A stretch of DNA of 64,000 nucleotides from Marine Group III euryarchaeote CG-Epi1 (GTDB lineage Archaea; Thermoplasmatota; Poseidoniia; MGIII; CG-Epi1): the NCBI GenBank assembly GCA_001875345.1, contig MIZA01000022.1, positions 838 through 64,837 on the forward strand, given 5' to 3'. The notes beneath the pieces were generated by a model, which was not told the origin of the DNA, ran no database searches, and saw only the letters and a list, made by a program, of their open reading frames with translations. Shown one piece after another: positions 1 through 9,632 of this stretch. Position 1 is the first letter of the stretch, and every line of letters starts with the position of its first letter. The translations under genes were made by a program, and so were the position numbers.

Positions 1-1
1 T

Positions 2-91
2 TTCATGCACTACACAGGATATGATATCAGAGATGAAGGGGCTGAAGGAGCTGCAAAACATATGCAGAGAGTTATGGGGATAAAACGATGA
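2..91 (+). CDS. ABC transporter ATP-binding protein, C-terminal fragment (5' end outside window)
   Basis: Frame 2 is open from the window edge to TGA 89-91 (FMHYTGYDIRDEGAEGAAKHMQRVMGIKR*). The HxTG..IRDE ending resembles C-termini of ABC-2/DrrA-type ATPases. Its stop overlaps the ATG of the downstream permease (ATGA). Confidence 0.5.
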   Translation, partial: FMHYTGYDIRDEGAEGAAKHMQRVMGIKR

Positions 92-873
92 ACCAATTAA
101 ACGGACTGTACGCTATTTGGCTTCGTGAAGTGAAAGTATACTTCAGAGAATATTCTCGCTTGATTGGATCAATACTTACACCGCTACTTTGGTTATTAGT
201 TTTAGGAAAAGGAATTGGAGCTTCTATTGATGAAGATGACGGTTTTGCTGGAGTTCCTTATGAATTATTTATTTTCCCAGGAATTTTAACAATGACGGTC
301 CTGTTTCAGTCTGTTTTTTATGGACTGTACATTGTCTGGGATAGAAAAATTGATTTCCTAAAAGAAGTTCTAGCTGCTCCTCTTAATCGTTCAACTGTTT
401 TTCTCGGAAAATGCTTGGGAGGAGTTACTGATTCAATGATCCAAGTAACTATCATTATTGTTCTAGGATTGTTTATTTTTCCAGAAATTGATTATACTTT
501 GCAGAGCCTCATGTTAGTTTATCTTTACCTCTTCTTGTTAGCCGTTATTATGACGTCGCTAGGACTCATAATTGGATCTCAAATGGATTCTCCAGAAGGA
601 TTTTCTTTGATAACTAGTTTAGTCGTTTTCCCTATGTATTTCCTCAGTGGGGCATTATTCCTAAAGAATAATTTGATTGAAGAGGCTCCGGTAATTTATT
701 GGTTAACTGCAATCAATCCTGCAAGTTATGCTGTAGATGCAATTAGATACACTATGATTCCAGAAGATATTTTTCTTGAGTTTGGATTAGCAAGAGATTT
801 TACCGTTCTAATCGGTTTTTGTATTTTTCTGTTGGCTTTAGGTACTCAATGTTTCAAAACTATGAGGCTCTAA
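88..873 (+). CDS. ABC-2 type transporter permease
   Basis: 261 aa with about 6 hydrophobic segments. The N-terminus (LYAIWLREVKVYFREYSRLIGSILTPLLWLLV) is typical of ABC-2 family permeases. Translationally coupled to the upstream ATPase fragment. Confidence 0.8.
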   Translation: MNQLNGLYAIWLREVKVYFREYSRLIGSILTPLLWLLVLGKGIGASIDEDDGFAGVPYELFIFPGILTMTVLFQSVFYGLYIVWDRKIDFLKEVLAAPLNRSTVFLGKCLGGVTDSMIQVTIIIVLGLFIFPEIDYTLQSLMLVYLYLFLLAVIMTSLGLIIGSQMDSPEGFSLITSLVVFPMYFLSGALFLKNNLIEEAPVIYWLTAINPASYAVDAIRYTMIPEDIFLEFGLARDFTVLIGFCIFLLALGTQCFKTMRL

Positions 874-906
874 GTTTAATTAAGCCTAATTTGTTCTGTC
901 AAAATC

Positions 907-1617
907 ATGACTAAAACTGCATTGGTTACAGGAGCATCTTCTGGCATAGGAAGAGGTATTGCTCACAAATTTGGACAAGAAGGATGGGAAGTTACTCTTG
1001 TTGCCCGTAGACAAGAAAATTTAGAAAAAGTCGCTAAAGAAGTAGAAGAAGCTGGCGGTAAAGTGCACATTTTTGCTACTGATTTGACCGTTGAAGGAAA
1101 CCCAGATAAGGCTGTAGAGTTTGCCATTGAGAAAATGGGGAAAATAGGAACTTTAGTCAATAATGCAGGGATGGGTCGTTTCGAAATGGTTCCTGATATT
1201 AAGGATGAATCTTACCAAGAACAATTCCAACTAAATGTCTGGGCTTGTATGGCAATGGTTAGAACTGCTGTACCTCACTTCAAGAAAAATGGAGGCGGAC
1301 AAATCGTCAATATTGGTTCAATCGTAGGGTACCTTGGAATATCAAAGGGATCTATCTATTCTAGCACTAAATGGGCTTTGAGGGGACTTAACGAAAGCTG
1401 GAGGGAGGAACTATATCCAGACAACATCAAAGTGTGCTATGTTGGTCCAGGCTTTGTTCTTACTGAATTTAATGGAAGGAAAGAAGGTGGAACGCCAGAA
1501 GAACAGGAATGGGCGATGGTCCCAGGTGACGTAGCTCACGCTGTCTATTGTGTTGCTACACAAGGACCAAATAGTGATATCAAAGAAATATCAATTCAAG
1601 TTTTAGATCGAAGTTAA
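907..1617 (+). CDS. Short-chain dehydrogenase/reductase (SDR) family oxidoreductase
   Basis: TGASSGIGRGIA cofactor motif, NNAG, and the catalytic YSSTK (YxxxK) motif. Confidence 0.85.
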   Translation: MTKTALVTGASSGIGRGIAHKFGQEGWEVTLVARRQENLEKVAKEVEEAGGKVHIFATDLTVEGNPDKAVEFAIEKMGKIGTLVNNAGMGRFEMVPDIKDESYQEQFQLNVWACMAMVRTAVPHFKKNGGGQIVNIGSIVGYLGISKGSIYSSTKWALRGLNESWREELYPDNIKVCYVGPGFVLTEFNGRKEGGTPEEQEWAMVPGDVAHAVYCVATQGPNSDIKEISIQVLDRS

Positions 1618-1619
1618 AT

Positions 1620-1901
1620 CTAAGCTTCGTGGTGGAAGAGAACGTCTCCGCTTTTAACATCAGGAGGGCCTGTCATGAAATCCTTCATTACTCCCATTAT
1701 CTTACCAAACTGTTCTTCTGATGCATCATAATCTTCTTTGGTATTAAAAAATCCAATTCCCATTGCTTCATTTTCACTGACTTGAACAATTCTACTTGAA
1801 ATCCAACCAGTCATTTCAGTCATCATATGTTTGTTTTCATTGATTCTTTCAACTGCTGCTTTTACATCTGTCATCTTGACATGCGTTATTCTTGCGTACA
1901 T
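1620..1901 (-). CDS. Hypothetical small protein (possibly ABM/Dabb-like alpha+beta fold)
   Basis: Only long ORF in this interval, 93 aa, with no recognisable catalytic motif. The fold guess rests only on size and alternating pattern. Confidence 0.45.
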   Translation of the reverse strand: MYARITHVKMTDVKAAVERINENKHMMTEMTGWISSRIVQVSENEAMGIGFFNTKEDYDASEEQFGKIMGVMKDFMTGPPDVKSGDVLFHHEA

Positions 1902-1958
1902 ACTTCAGGAAATAATCTGTAGATTTTAAAATTTACGATTGTATTCTATTGATTATTG

Positions 1959-2360
1959 CTACTTAGTTAATTCTTGAAAATTCCCGTGAACTATTCCACT
2001 CAAGGCAGTCATACCCCATAAAATTAGAGGAGGAATGCTGGTGCTAAGTTCGAATGTAAATGTTTCGCCTTCATAGTCAAGCGTATATCCCTGAACTGCA
2101 CATATAACAAACCAAACCCAAATTGGGCCGGCAATTACTGTAGCCAATCTAGCTTGTTGTTCACCTTCTGTGAAAAATGCAGCATATAGCATGGTGAAAG
2201 TTGTAAGCAGGAAAAAACCAGACACTACAACTTGGGTTTCATTATTCATATCTAATTCTAGTAAAACACCCACTACTGCATGTACTAATCCTGTAAGGAC
2301 CAACCAAATCTTGGGATTCAATATTGCTTTTATATCCATTGATTTTGCTTCCTTATCCAT
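1959..2360 (-). CDS. Hypothetical membrane protein (paralogue of 2360-2779)
   Basis: 133 aa with 4 hydrophobic segments. The N-terminus KAILNPKIWLV parallels KEILNPKTLMI of the adjacent gene. Junction with that gene is a 1-nt overlap. Confidence 0.6.
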   Translation of the reverse strand: MDKEAKSMDIKAILNPKIWLVLTGLVHAVVGVLLELDMNNETQVVVSGFFLLTTFTMLYAAFFTEGEQQARLATVIAGPIWVWFVICAVQGYTLDYEGETFTFELSTSIPPLILWGMTALSGIVHGNFQELTK

Positions 2361-2779
2361 TACTCGTCATCTCTGTGCAGATATCCTGCAACACCAAGAG
2401 CTAAAGTAAGCGCGATTGTTAGCAAAGGAAGTGCCATTACATTAAGTGGTGGAGTTTCTGAAGAATAACCACTTTCACCGGTTAAAATGCCCATACCTAC
2501 TGCAATAATCACAATAACTGAAGGAGCTAACATGGACATTTGAGCTAAAGCTCTACCTTTAACAAAAACTCCCGTTCCGATAGCCATTACACCTAGAGGC
2601 ATCATGTGTAAAGCCCACATTTTCTCGTAGTCTTCATCATGAGCGAGTACATTTTCTTTGCCCCAGCCATATTCTGCCCATTTGTCTCCGTTCATAATTC
2701 CCCAAAATGAAAGTACTATTACTAATACGCCTACAGCAATCATTAATGTTTTAGGGTTTAAGATTTCTTTTGCGTCCAT
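2360..2779 (-). CDS. Hypothetical membrane protein (paralogue of 1959-2360)
   Basis: 139 aa with 4 hydrophobic segments and the shared ILNPK N-terminal motif. Same-strand operon with 2788-3858. Confidence 0.6.
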   Translation of the reverse strand: MDAKEILNPKTLMIAVGVLVIVLSFWGIMNGDKWAEYGWGKENVLAHDEDYEKMWALHMMPLGVMAIGTGVFVKGRALAQMSMLAPSVIVIIAVGMGILTGESGYSSETPPLNVMALPLLTIALTLALGVAGYLHRDDE

Positions 2780-2787
2780 AATTCACC

Positions 2788-3858
2788 TTATAATGGTTGT
2801 GTAACAAAGTTTGCTATTAATAAAAGTACGGCGAAACCTGCTGTTACTGCTGGATACATCTTGTAAAAGAAATCATCACTGTTTCCAAAGTCTTCTCCTC
2901 CAAAGGTCATGCCTTCTTCGACTCCTTCCTCTCTCATCTTGTAATATGCAAAAATATTTAGAAGCATTACAAATCCGCTAACTACAATATTTGATGTTGC
3001 TGTACTAGTGTCTGGCGTGTAAGGTGAATTCTCGTCGCCTGGAATAACTTGATCGTTAATGGCGATATTTCCGAGAATAACAGAAAGGGCAAAAAAGGTA
3101 ATACCAAAAAGTAAAATATGTGCAACTGCCCAGTTTCCTTTAGCTCCATTTACCAATAAGATTAATCCCATTGAAACATAAATGACAAAGAATGCTGCCA
3201 ATACTCGATAATTTACTGGAGATGTAGCAATTGGATCGGTCCAGTAACTTCCTTCTTCAAATCCAGGAATCAAAGTTGAGCCACTTCCTCCTGCATATCC
3301 ATCTGCAAAAAAGAAATGATTTACTGTGTACAATGTACCAATAACAGAAGATATGATGACTGCATACTTTGCCTCATTCTCCAAACCTATTCCTAGTTTA
3401 AAGTTTTCAAGACCTTCATCAACTCCTTCATCCTTAAGCATAACATATGCTGCAGTGTACAATCCAAGAGCTACAATTGTAGCATAAAGTGGATTGCTAT
3501 TTGCTGAAACATAGTCACCTTGGAATGGAGGTGCAAGAACAATTGCTAAACATGTGAAACCTGCAATAGTTGGTATCATAATTGTCCATTTACCTCTGGC
3601 ACCTTCGTTCAGAATTAGAAGATTGCCCATAATCGATCCTGCCATGAGAGCACCTGCAACATACAAGGTTCCAGCCCCTCTTCCGTAGGCTTCATTTTCG
3701 GGAGTTGCTCCATTAGGAATCAAAGAAAAACAATCTCCGTCACCGTTGATTACTGAACACGATGAAAAGAATATGAAGTTTATTGAGTACAATATTCCAA
3801 TTAGGAATGAAAGACTCAAACAAACTTTAGCTGGCAAAGATTTGATGTTGTCAAACAT
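2788..3858 (-). CDS. Hypothetical polytopic membrane protein with internal tandem duplication
   Basis: 356 aa. The two halves align: IGILYSINFIFFSS/IGTLYTVNHFFFAD, LILNEGARGKW/LLVNGAKGNW, YVMLKDEGVDEGLENF/YYKMREEGVEEGMTFG. Confidence 0.65.
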   Translation of the reverse strand: MFDNIKSLPAKVCLSLSFLIGILYSINFIFFSSCSVINGDGDCFSLIPNGATPENEAYGRGAGTLYVAGALMAGSIMGNLLILNEGARGKWTIMIPTIAGFTCLAIVLAPPFQGDYVSANSNPLYATIVALGLYTAAYVMLKDEGVDEGLENFKLGIGLENEAKYAVIISSVIGTLYTVNHFFFADGYAGGSGSTLIPGFEEGSYWTDPIATSPVNYRVLAAFFVIYVSMGLILLVNGAKGNWAVAHILLFGITFFALSVILGNIAINDQVIPGDENSPYTPDTSTATSNIVVSGFVMLLNIFAYYKMREEGVEEGMTFGGEDFGNSDDFFYKMYPAVTAGFAVLLLIANFVTQPL

Positions 3859-4011
3859 AGTTTGCAGTGCAGTGATTAGTACTTAAACGTAACCCACGCT
3901 GCTGAGCACGAATTGTTCTTGGTTGTTTCACAAAAATAAACACTTGTTGAACTTAAAAAAGTAAGATTTTCTGGTGCGAACCTCTAATTAGCACAACTCC
4001 AGTATATATCT

Positions 4012-4866
4012 GTGAAGAAAACCTCACTCATAATTTTGACTGCGCTTCTGCTCGTCAGTGGAGCTAGCGCTTATGCTTACACTGAGGGAGTCTTTGACCA
4101 AATTTTAGAGCTAAATGAAGACGAAACTGAGGTTGTCGAATCTGTTGTAGAAGAAGAACCGGCCGTAATTGAATCAGATCTTTCTGCATTCATATCTGTA
4201 AATACAAACTTTGGAACTAATTTTTACTCAATGGAAGAAGTCGATGACGGAGACAATAATGAAGTTGAAGAAATTGTATGGGATAATTTTACTTTCCAAT
4301 TTGATGGTTCTGAATCTACAGGAAATATTGAAAATTATACTTGGGACTTTGGAGATGGAAATACGTTTTACGGTATTGAAGGAAGCCACAGCTACGAACT
4401 TCCCGGAAAATATCTAGCTACCCTAACCGTAATTTCGCCAATTGGAAATAGCGCTTCAATTCAAACTGAAATAATAGTTAACTTTGATGGTTTTGTTATT
4501 TCTGATAATATGGAATGTACATGCGCACCAACTGCAAAAGTTACTCAAATTGATTTGAAAATAGAACCTGAGGCTACTCTCGTAAATGGCGAAACAACTG
4601 TTACTCATGATGGAAGTACAGAAGACTGTACTCAACGGCTTATAGTACAACAATGCCATCTACGTGTTACAATACAAGAGTATAGTGGAGGGTCTGTAGT
4701 TTCAGAAGAGGTGATTTTTGATGAGACGTTCTCAACCAACACAAAGACAGTTGCTTTCTCATTTGTTCCTATGAACGATAATAATTACAAAATATTGTTG
4801 GAAACGGATCAAATTCGCGATTGGCACAAGCCAAATACTGAGTGGTTTGCAGAGTATAGACAATGA
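4012..4866 (+). CDS. Secreted PKD-domain protein
   Basis: GTG start and a signal-peptide-like N-terminus (KKTSLIILTALLLVSGASAYA). PKD signature WDFGDGNTFYGIEGSHSYELPGKYLATLTV. Confidence 0.75.
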   Translation: MKKTSLIILTALLLVSGASAYAYTEGVFDQILELNEDETEVVESVVEEEPAVIESDLSAFISVNTNFGTNFYSMEEVDDGDNNEVEEIVWDNFTFQFDGSESTGNIENYTWDFGDGNTFYGIEGSHSYELPGKYLATLTVISPIGNSASIQTEIIVNFDGFVISDNMECTCAPTAKVTQIDLKIEPEATLVNGETTVTHDGSTEDCTQRLIVQQCHLRVTIQEYSGGSVVSEEVIFDETFSTNTKTVAFSFVPMNDNNYKILLETDQIRDWHKPNTEWFAEYRQ

Positions 4867-5000
4867 TAATTTCTCTCATAACTAGCTCTATTAGTGCTGC
4901 TTTGGATATAATTTTAGCTGTAATTCCAAAGAAAGTTCTTTTGCTAATTATTATAGGGTTAATAGCTGCAATTTACATTGGATTCGACTTTAATCTGTAA
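4863..5000 (+). CDS. Candidate 45-aa small membrane protein (absent from the ORF track)
   Basis: ATG 4863-4865 overlaps TGA 4864-4866 of the PKD gene (ATGA). Translation is MIISLITSSISAALDIILAVIPKKVLLLIIIGLIAAIYIGFDFNL*: two hydrophobic stretches split by KK. Confidence 0.35.
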   Translation: MIISLITSSISAALDIILAVIPKKVLLLIIIGLIAAIYIGFDFNL

Positions 5001-5037
5001 AACCAACTAATATAAATCCGATTCTAGGGTTTTAGTT

Positions 5038-5904
5038 GTGAAAATCAACTATTGGTATCGAAAATTTCTCGGTAAAGAAGCTGATGATAAGGTAAGGGCA
5101 GGAGTTCTAGTCTTCTCTGTGTTAGCCTTCATGACACATCTTCTAATTTATTTTCTTTACCAAATTGAAGTAATCACTATAAATGGGGAGGCAAAATCCC
5201 TGGTAAACTCGCCACTTTCTTCTCTTTATACTCCATTTTCAATTTTACTTACTTATGAAACTTACCAGCTAATAAGAACTCTTCCATCCTCTTTCTCGAA
5301 TTCTGTTGGGAAGCAATACGAAGTTGTAACTCTTCTAGTTGTGAGGGATGTTTTCAAAAGATTAGCTGACTTCAGTACAGATGATGAGTGGGCTATCGAT
5401 GGTGAATTAGGTTTAATTTTACTAGAATGTATGGCCTTTTTGATTTTATTTTTTACAGCTTTAAGTTACAGGAGATCAAGTGATGTTTCTGAAATTAGTC
5501 GAGTAGATGATAGTGAATTAGATAGTTTTGTACATTCAAAGCGCATAATCTCACTGATGTTATTCGTAGCTTTTCTCGTTATGGCTGCATATTCTTTTGG
5601 AACATGGACAATTTCAGTCCTTGATGGAAAAGGAGGAGTTGATAGGGAAATTTTCTTTTCTGATTTCTTTACTATTTTGATTTTAGCAGATATTCTGATT
5701 CTACTATTGTCATACCGATTTACCGTAGATTTTGCAAATTTAGCAAGAAATACAGGTTTCATATTATCTACCGTTATTCTCAGAGTTGCAATAGGTGCTC
5801 CAGGGGTTTCAGCAGTCGTATTATTCACGTTAAGCGGAATATTAGGACTAGCAATTCTCAGAATATCTAGTGAATTTGTTAAAAATAAAAAGAATAATTC
5901 TTAA
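5038..5904 (+). CDS. Hypothetical polytopic membrane protein
   Basis: 288 aa, GTG start, 6 or more hydrophobic segments, no recognised motif. Confidence 0.55.
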   Translation: MKINYWYRKFLGKEADDKVRAGVLVFSVLAFMTHLLIYFLYQIEVITINGEAKSLVNSPLSSLYTPFSILLTYETYQLIRTLPSSFSNSVGKQYEVVTLLVVRDVFKRLADFSTDDEWAIDGELGLILLECMAFLILFFTALSYRRSSDVSEISRVDDSELDSFVHSKRIISLMLFVAFLVMAAYSFGTWTISVLDGKGGVDREIFFSDFFTILILADILILLLSYRFTVDFANLARNTGFILSTVILRVAIGAPGVSAVVLFTLSGILGLAILRISSEFVKNKKNNS

Positions 5905-8375
5905 TCTTCTAATTTGTGCATTGAGACCAATGCGTTCTCAATATCTTTTAAGGAATCAGGGACATTATGTCCAGAAATTGGAGCTGCCAAAGAAACTCCA
6001 GCATCCTTCTTTGCTTTCCAAACTACGGAATTGAAATCAATTAATGATTCTGTTATGTCAGTCCATGATTTAGTATTAGATATTGGAGATTCGGGAAATA
6101 CATCTATCTCTACTGAAGATTTTTCATACAAAGTAGTAGACAAATGATGAGTAAAGAAAGGGCACACTGGAGACAAAATAGACAATAAATCTCTGAATAT
6201 TCTGTGTAATGTCCAAGTAGCCGAAGCATCATCATTGTAAAGTCGCGTTTTGGCCATTTCTAACCAATGTGAAGCAAAAACTCCTGTACTGAAAGTCTTA
6301 ATTCCTTGTGCTGCAGTGTAAATATCTAGCTCAGAATATCCTGTCTTAGCTTTTTCCAATAAGTCTGAAAACTCAGCTAATATCCATTTATCTTCGTTTT
6401 CTAAATCTTCTGGAATTATATCTAAGTCTCCATCAAATTCAAATTGAGATGCAAATCTTCCTACGTTAAAAATCTTAGTTAAAACTCCAAAATAGCGTAA
6501 TTCAATTTGTTCAGGATTAATTTGGAAATCATCGCCTACTTGTGCGTCTGCTGCTTTCCAAAATCTAAAACATTCTGAACCTATTTTCTTAGCTTGTAGA
6601 GCTACTTGCTTACCTTCTGGACCTTTGATTTTCCAAGATCCTGTTCGCCCACCGAATCCACATTCTAAAACTGAACTAGCATCAATTCCATTCCCTAGTG
6701 ATTTAGACATTTTACGGCCCCAAGGGTCCATGCCAAGCCCATCAATCCAAACGTTTGCAAAACCGGGCTTGTCTAACAACAGTGTAGATTTCAATAATGT
6801 GTAATACAGCCAAGTTCGAACTATTTCTTTTCCTTGTGGTCTAACGCCTGTAGGAAATGCTCGTTGAAACAATTCTGGATTTGATAGATATCCTGAAACA
6901 TAAAGATTAGAATTTGAAGAGTCCATCCAAGTATCAAATACCTTCTCTTCTCCTTCCAGCTTACCTAATTCTGATTTTAAGTCTTCATAATTTCCTAATT
7001 CTTTTTGACTTTCTCTGTCTAAAACTATTGAATCTAAAGGTGGTGAATCTTTCCAAGGTTGCACATATTTTCCATGAGGAGGAGTAACTACTTTGGTTCG
7101 ATCTTCAGAATACCAAATTGGAATTTCTGTATGGTACCAACGGCGGCGACTAACTGGCCAATCTATAGTTATATTTTCCATCCAATCTAATAAAAATTGT
7201 TTATTTCTACTTGGAATAAAATTTATTTCGTTAGATAATTCCTTCATTCTTTCCTGAATGTGGGTTTGTCTAACGTACCACTCTTTGAGCAATATAATTT
7301 CAATCGGATTCTTACCGCGTTCTGATACTGGAATTTCTTGATCTCTCTCAATGATATTATCTATTTTATCTTCAGATTCAAGAATTTCAATAGCTTTCTT
7401 TCTAGCGTCTAGAACTGGCATTCCCGATAAAGATGATCCTAATTCTGTAATTTTTCCATCCAAGTCAATTGCTTGGAAGGGAGATAATCCTAATTCTCTA
7501 AAAACTGCCACATCATTTTGATCTCCAAAAGAACTGACCATTAAAACTCCTGAACCAAATTCCATGTTTACGCTCGGATGGGCCATAATCTCTACTGACT
7601 TTGAACGACCTTCCGTTGGCATCGGCAAGTCTAAACTTTTACCAACTAAATGTTGATAGCGAGAATCATCGGGATGAACTAAAACAATACCACATGCGCA
7701 GATAAGTTCAGGTCTTGTAGTTGAAATTATAACTGGATCATGGTCTGAATCGTCAGTAACTGACCATCGAACATCTAAAAGTTTAGATTTTCTTGATAAT
7801 CTTTCTACTTCTGCTTCCGCAATAGTAGTTCCCTCTACAGGATCGTACAAATTAGGTCTTAATTCTTCGACAATCGCGCCTTTTTTGAATAAGTCAATAA
7901 ATATTGATTGAGTAACTGAGCGATAGTCGGGTGCATCTGTCAAATACTCTTGATCGTAAGCACAAGATAGTCCTACTCTCTTCGCAATATTCCTCATTTC
8001 TTGTGTATATTTTTCTATTTCATCACGACACAAGTCAAGAAATTCAGCCCTATCATAAGTCTTCATTTTACGGCCAGTTTTTTTCTCAACTGTAAATTCA
8101 ATATTAATTCCGTTTCTGTCAACTCCCCAAGGAAAGTAAACTTCCTTACCAAGTAACCTTTGGCTTCGGGCAATTACGTCAATCATTGAATACTGAGCAA
8201 CGGCACCAATGTGCCAAGTTCCCGAGGGGTAAGGAGGCGGCGTATCTATAACAAAAATTTCTTTTTCAGAATTTGGATTAAAGGAATATCTATCTTTATT
8301 TGAAAAATGTTCCTCCTGGATTTTCTTTTCTAAATCTACTGTCCAGCGTTTCTCCTTAATTTTTGGTTTAGCCAT
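5901..8375 (-). CDS. valS: Valine--tRNA ligase (class I aaRS, Val/Ile/Leu subgroup)
   Basis: 824 aa. FVIDTPPPYPSGTWHIGA (HIGH-region) with downstream GVDRNGINIE, and KMSKS (GRKMSKSLGNGID). Size and N-terminal pattern fit archaeal ValRS better than LeuRS or IleRS. Confidence 0.75.
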   Translation of the reverse strand: MAKPKIKEKRWTVDLEKKIQEEHFSNKDRYSFNPNSEKEIFVIDTPPPYPSGTWHIGAVAQYSMIDVIARSQRLLGKEVYFPWGVDRNGINIEFTVEKKTGRKMKTYDRAEFLDLCRDEIEKYTQEMRNIAKRVGLSCAYDQEYLTDAPDYRSVTQSIFIDLFKKGAIVEELRPNLYDPVEGTTIAEAEVERLSRKSKLLDVRWSVTDDSDHDPVIISTTRPELICACGIVLVHPDDSRYQHLVGKSLDLPMPTEGRSKSVEIMAHPSVNMEFGSGVLMVSSFGDQNDVAVFRELGLSPFQAIDLDGKITELGSSLSGMPVLDARKKAIEILESEDKIDNIIERDQEIPVSERGKNPIEIILLKEWYVRQTHIQERMKELSNEINFIPSRNKQFLLDWMENITIDWPVSRRRWYHTEIPIWYSEDRTKVVTPPHGKYVQPWKDSPPLDSIVLDRESQKELGNYEDLKSELGKLEGEEKVFDTWMDSSNSNLYVSGYLSNPELFQRAFPTGVRPQGKEIVRTWLYYTLLKSTLLLDKPGFANVWIDGLGMDPWGRKMSKSLGNGIDASSVLECGFGGRTGSWKIKGPEGKQVALQAKKIGSECFRFWKAADAQVGDDFQINPEQIELRYFGVLTKIFNVGRFASQFEFDGDLDIIPEDLENEDKWILAEFSDLLEKAKTGYSELDIYTAAQGIKTFSTGVFASHWLEMAKTRLYNDDASATWTLHRIFRDLLSILSPVCPFFTHHLSTTLYEKSSVEIDVFPESPISNTKSWTDITESLIDFNSVVWKAKKDAGVSLAAPISGHNVPDSLKDIENALVSMHKLED

Positions 8376-8459
8376 GTTTTCTGTATTAACACCTCAGTAT
8401 GGCTTTTCTTAATACTTGCGAAGGCCTTTTACTAACCCCTTGACACTGTAAAGTTTACA

Positions 8460-9632
8460 ATGCAATATCCAAAAGATGTCGTAATCGTAGCTGGTGTGAG
8501 AACGGCACATGGAAAATTTAGAGGTTCTTTGTTTCATACATCTGCAGTCGATTTGGGTGCCCTTGCAATTAAAGAAACTCTGAAGCAAGTTGAACTAGAT
8601 GCTAGTCTTGTAGAGGAAGTTATCATGGGGAATGTTTTATCTGCTGGAATTGGGCAGCATCCTGCGCGACAATCTGCGATTAAAGCTGATATTCCTGAGG
8701 AAATTCCTGCACTTACTGTAAACAAAATGTGTGGTTCAAGTATGAAAGCAATCATGCTGGCTGCTAACGCGATTAGAGCTGGCGAATCTGAAATTTTAAT
8801 TGCTGGAGGTATGGAATCAATGTCTCAATCTCCGTTTACTGTTGCCAGATCTCAAGACGGTAAAGTCAGTATGGAAAAACCAGTCGATAGTATGATGCAC
8901 GATGGACTAATTGATCCATTTAATGGAATGGTAATGGCTCAAACTGGAAATCGTATTGCTGAACAATTCGGAATAACTAGAGATGAAGCTGATTTATTTG
9001 CAATTGAATCTCATATTCGTGCTCATAATGCGCACAAAAAAGGAAAATTTAAGGATTATCACGTTGCAGTAGAACACGATGACGGAATGCTAACGACCGA
9101 CGAGGGAATTAGACCTAATTCTAGTTTGGAAGGGTTGGCAAAATTGAAACCTGTTTTTGATGAAAATGGAATTGTCACTGCCGGAAATGCAAGTCAAATC
9201 TCAGATGGTGCCTCTGCTTGCTTGGTAATGTCAAGAAGAAAGGCGGAAGAACTAGAATTAGAGCCCTTGGCAACAATAACTGGATATTGTGCAACTGGCG
9301 TGAAATCTAAAGATGTTATGTCTGCACCAATTCCGACCGTTCAAAAACTATGGAAAATGAATAATCGTGAGGGTGAAAAAGATTATGATTTATATGAGCA
9401 TAACGAAGCATTTGCATCCGCTAGTTTAGGCGTCATGCAAGGTTTAGGTTTGAAACACGAAAAATTAAATGTTAATGGAGGTGCTGTTGCAATGGGCCAC
9501 CCATTAGGTGCTTCTGGATGTAGAATTGTACTGGCTTTGATTCACGCACTTCGTCAAAATGGGGGAAAGCGTGGATTTGCTACCGCGTGCTTAGGTGGCG
9601 GAATGGCTACTGCAATAGAAATTGAAATATGA
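8460..9632 (+). CDS. Acetyl-CoA C-acetyltransferase (thiolase II)
   Basis: 390 aa. VIVAGVRTAHGKFRGSL, active-site NKMCGSSMKAI, NEAFAS, and C-terminal HPLGASGCRI...CLGGGMATA. Confidence 0.9.
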   Translation: MQYPKDVVIVAGVRTAHGKFRGSLFHTSAVDLGALAIKETLKQVELDASLVEEVIMGNVLSAGIGQHPARQSAIKADIPEEIPALTVNKMCGSSMKAIMLAANAIRAGESEILIAGGMESMSQSPFTVARSQDGKVSMEKPVDSMMHDGLIDPFNGMVMAQTGNRIAEQFGITRDEADLFAIESHIRAHNAHKKGKFKDYHVAVEHDDGMLTTDEGIRPNSSLEGLAKLKPVFDENGIVTAGNASQISDGASACLVMSRRKAEELELEPLATITGYCATGVKSKDVMSAPIPTVQKLWKMNNREGEKDYDLYEHNEAFASASLGVMQGLGLKHEKLNVNGGAVAMGHPLGASGCRIVLALIHALRQNGGKRGFATACLGGGMATAIEIEI

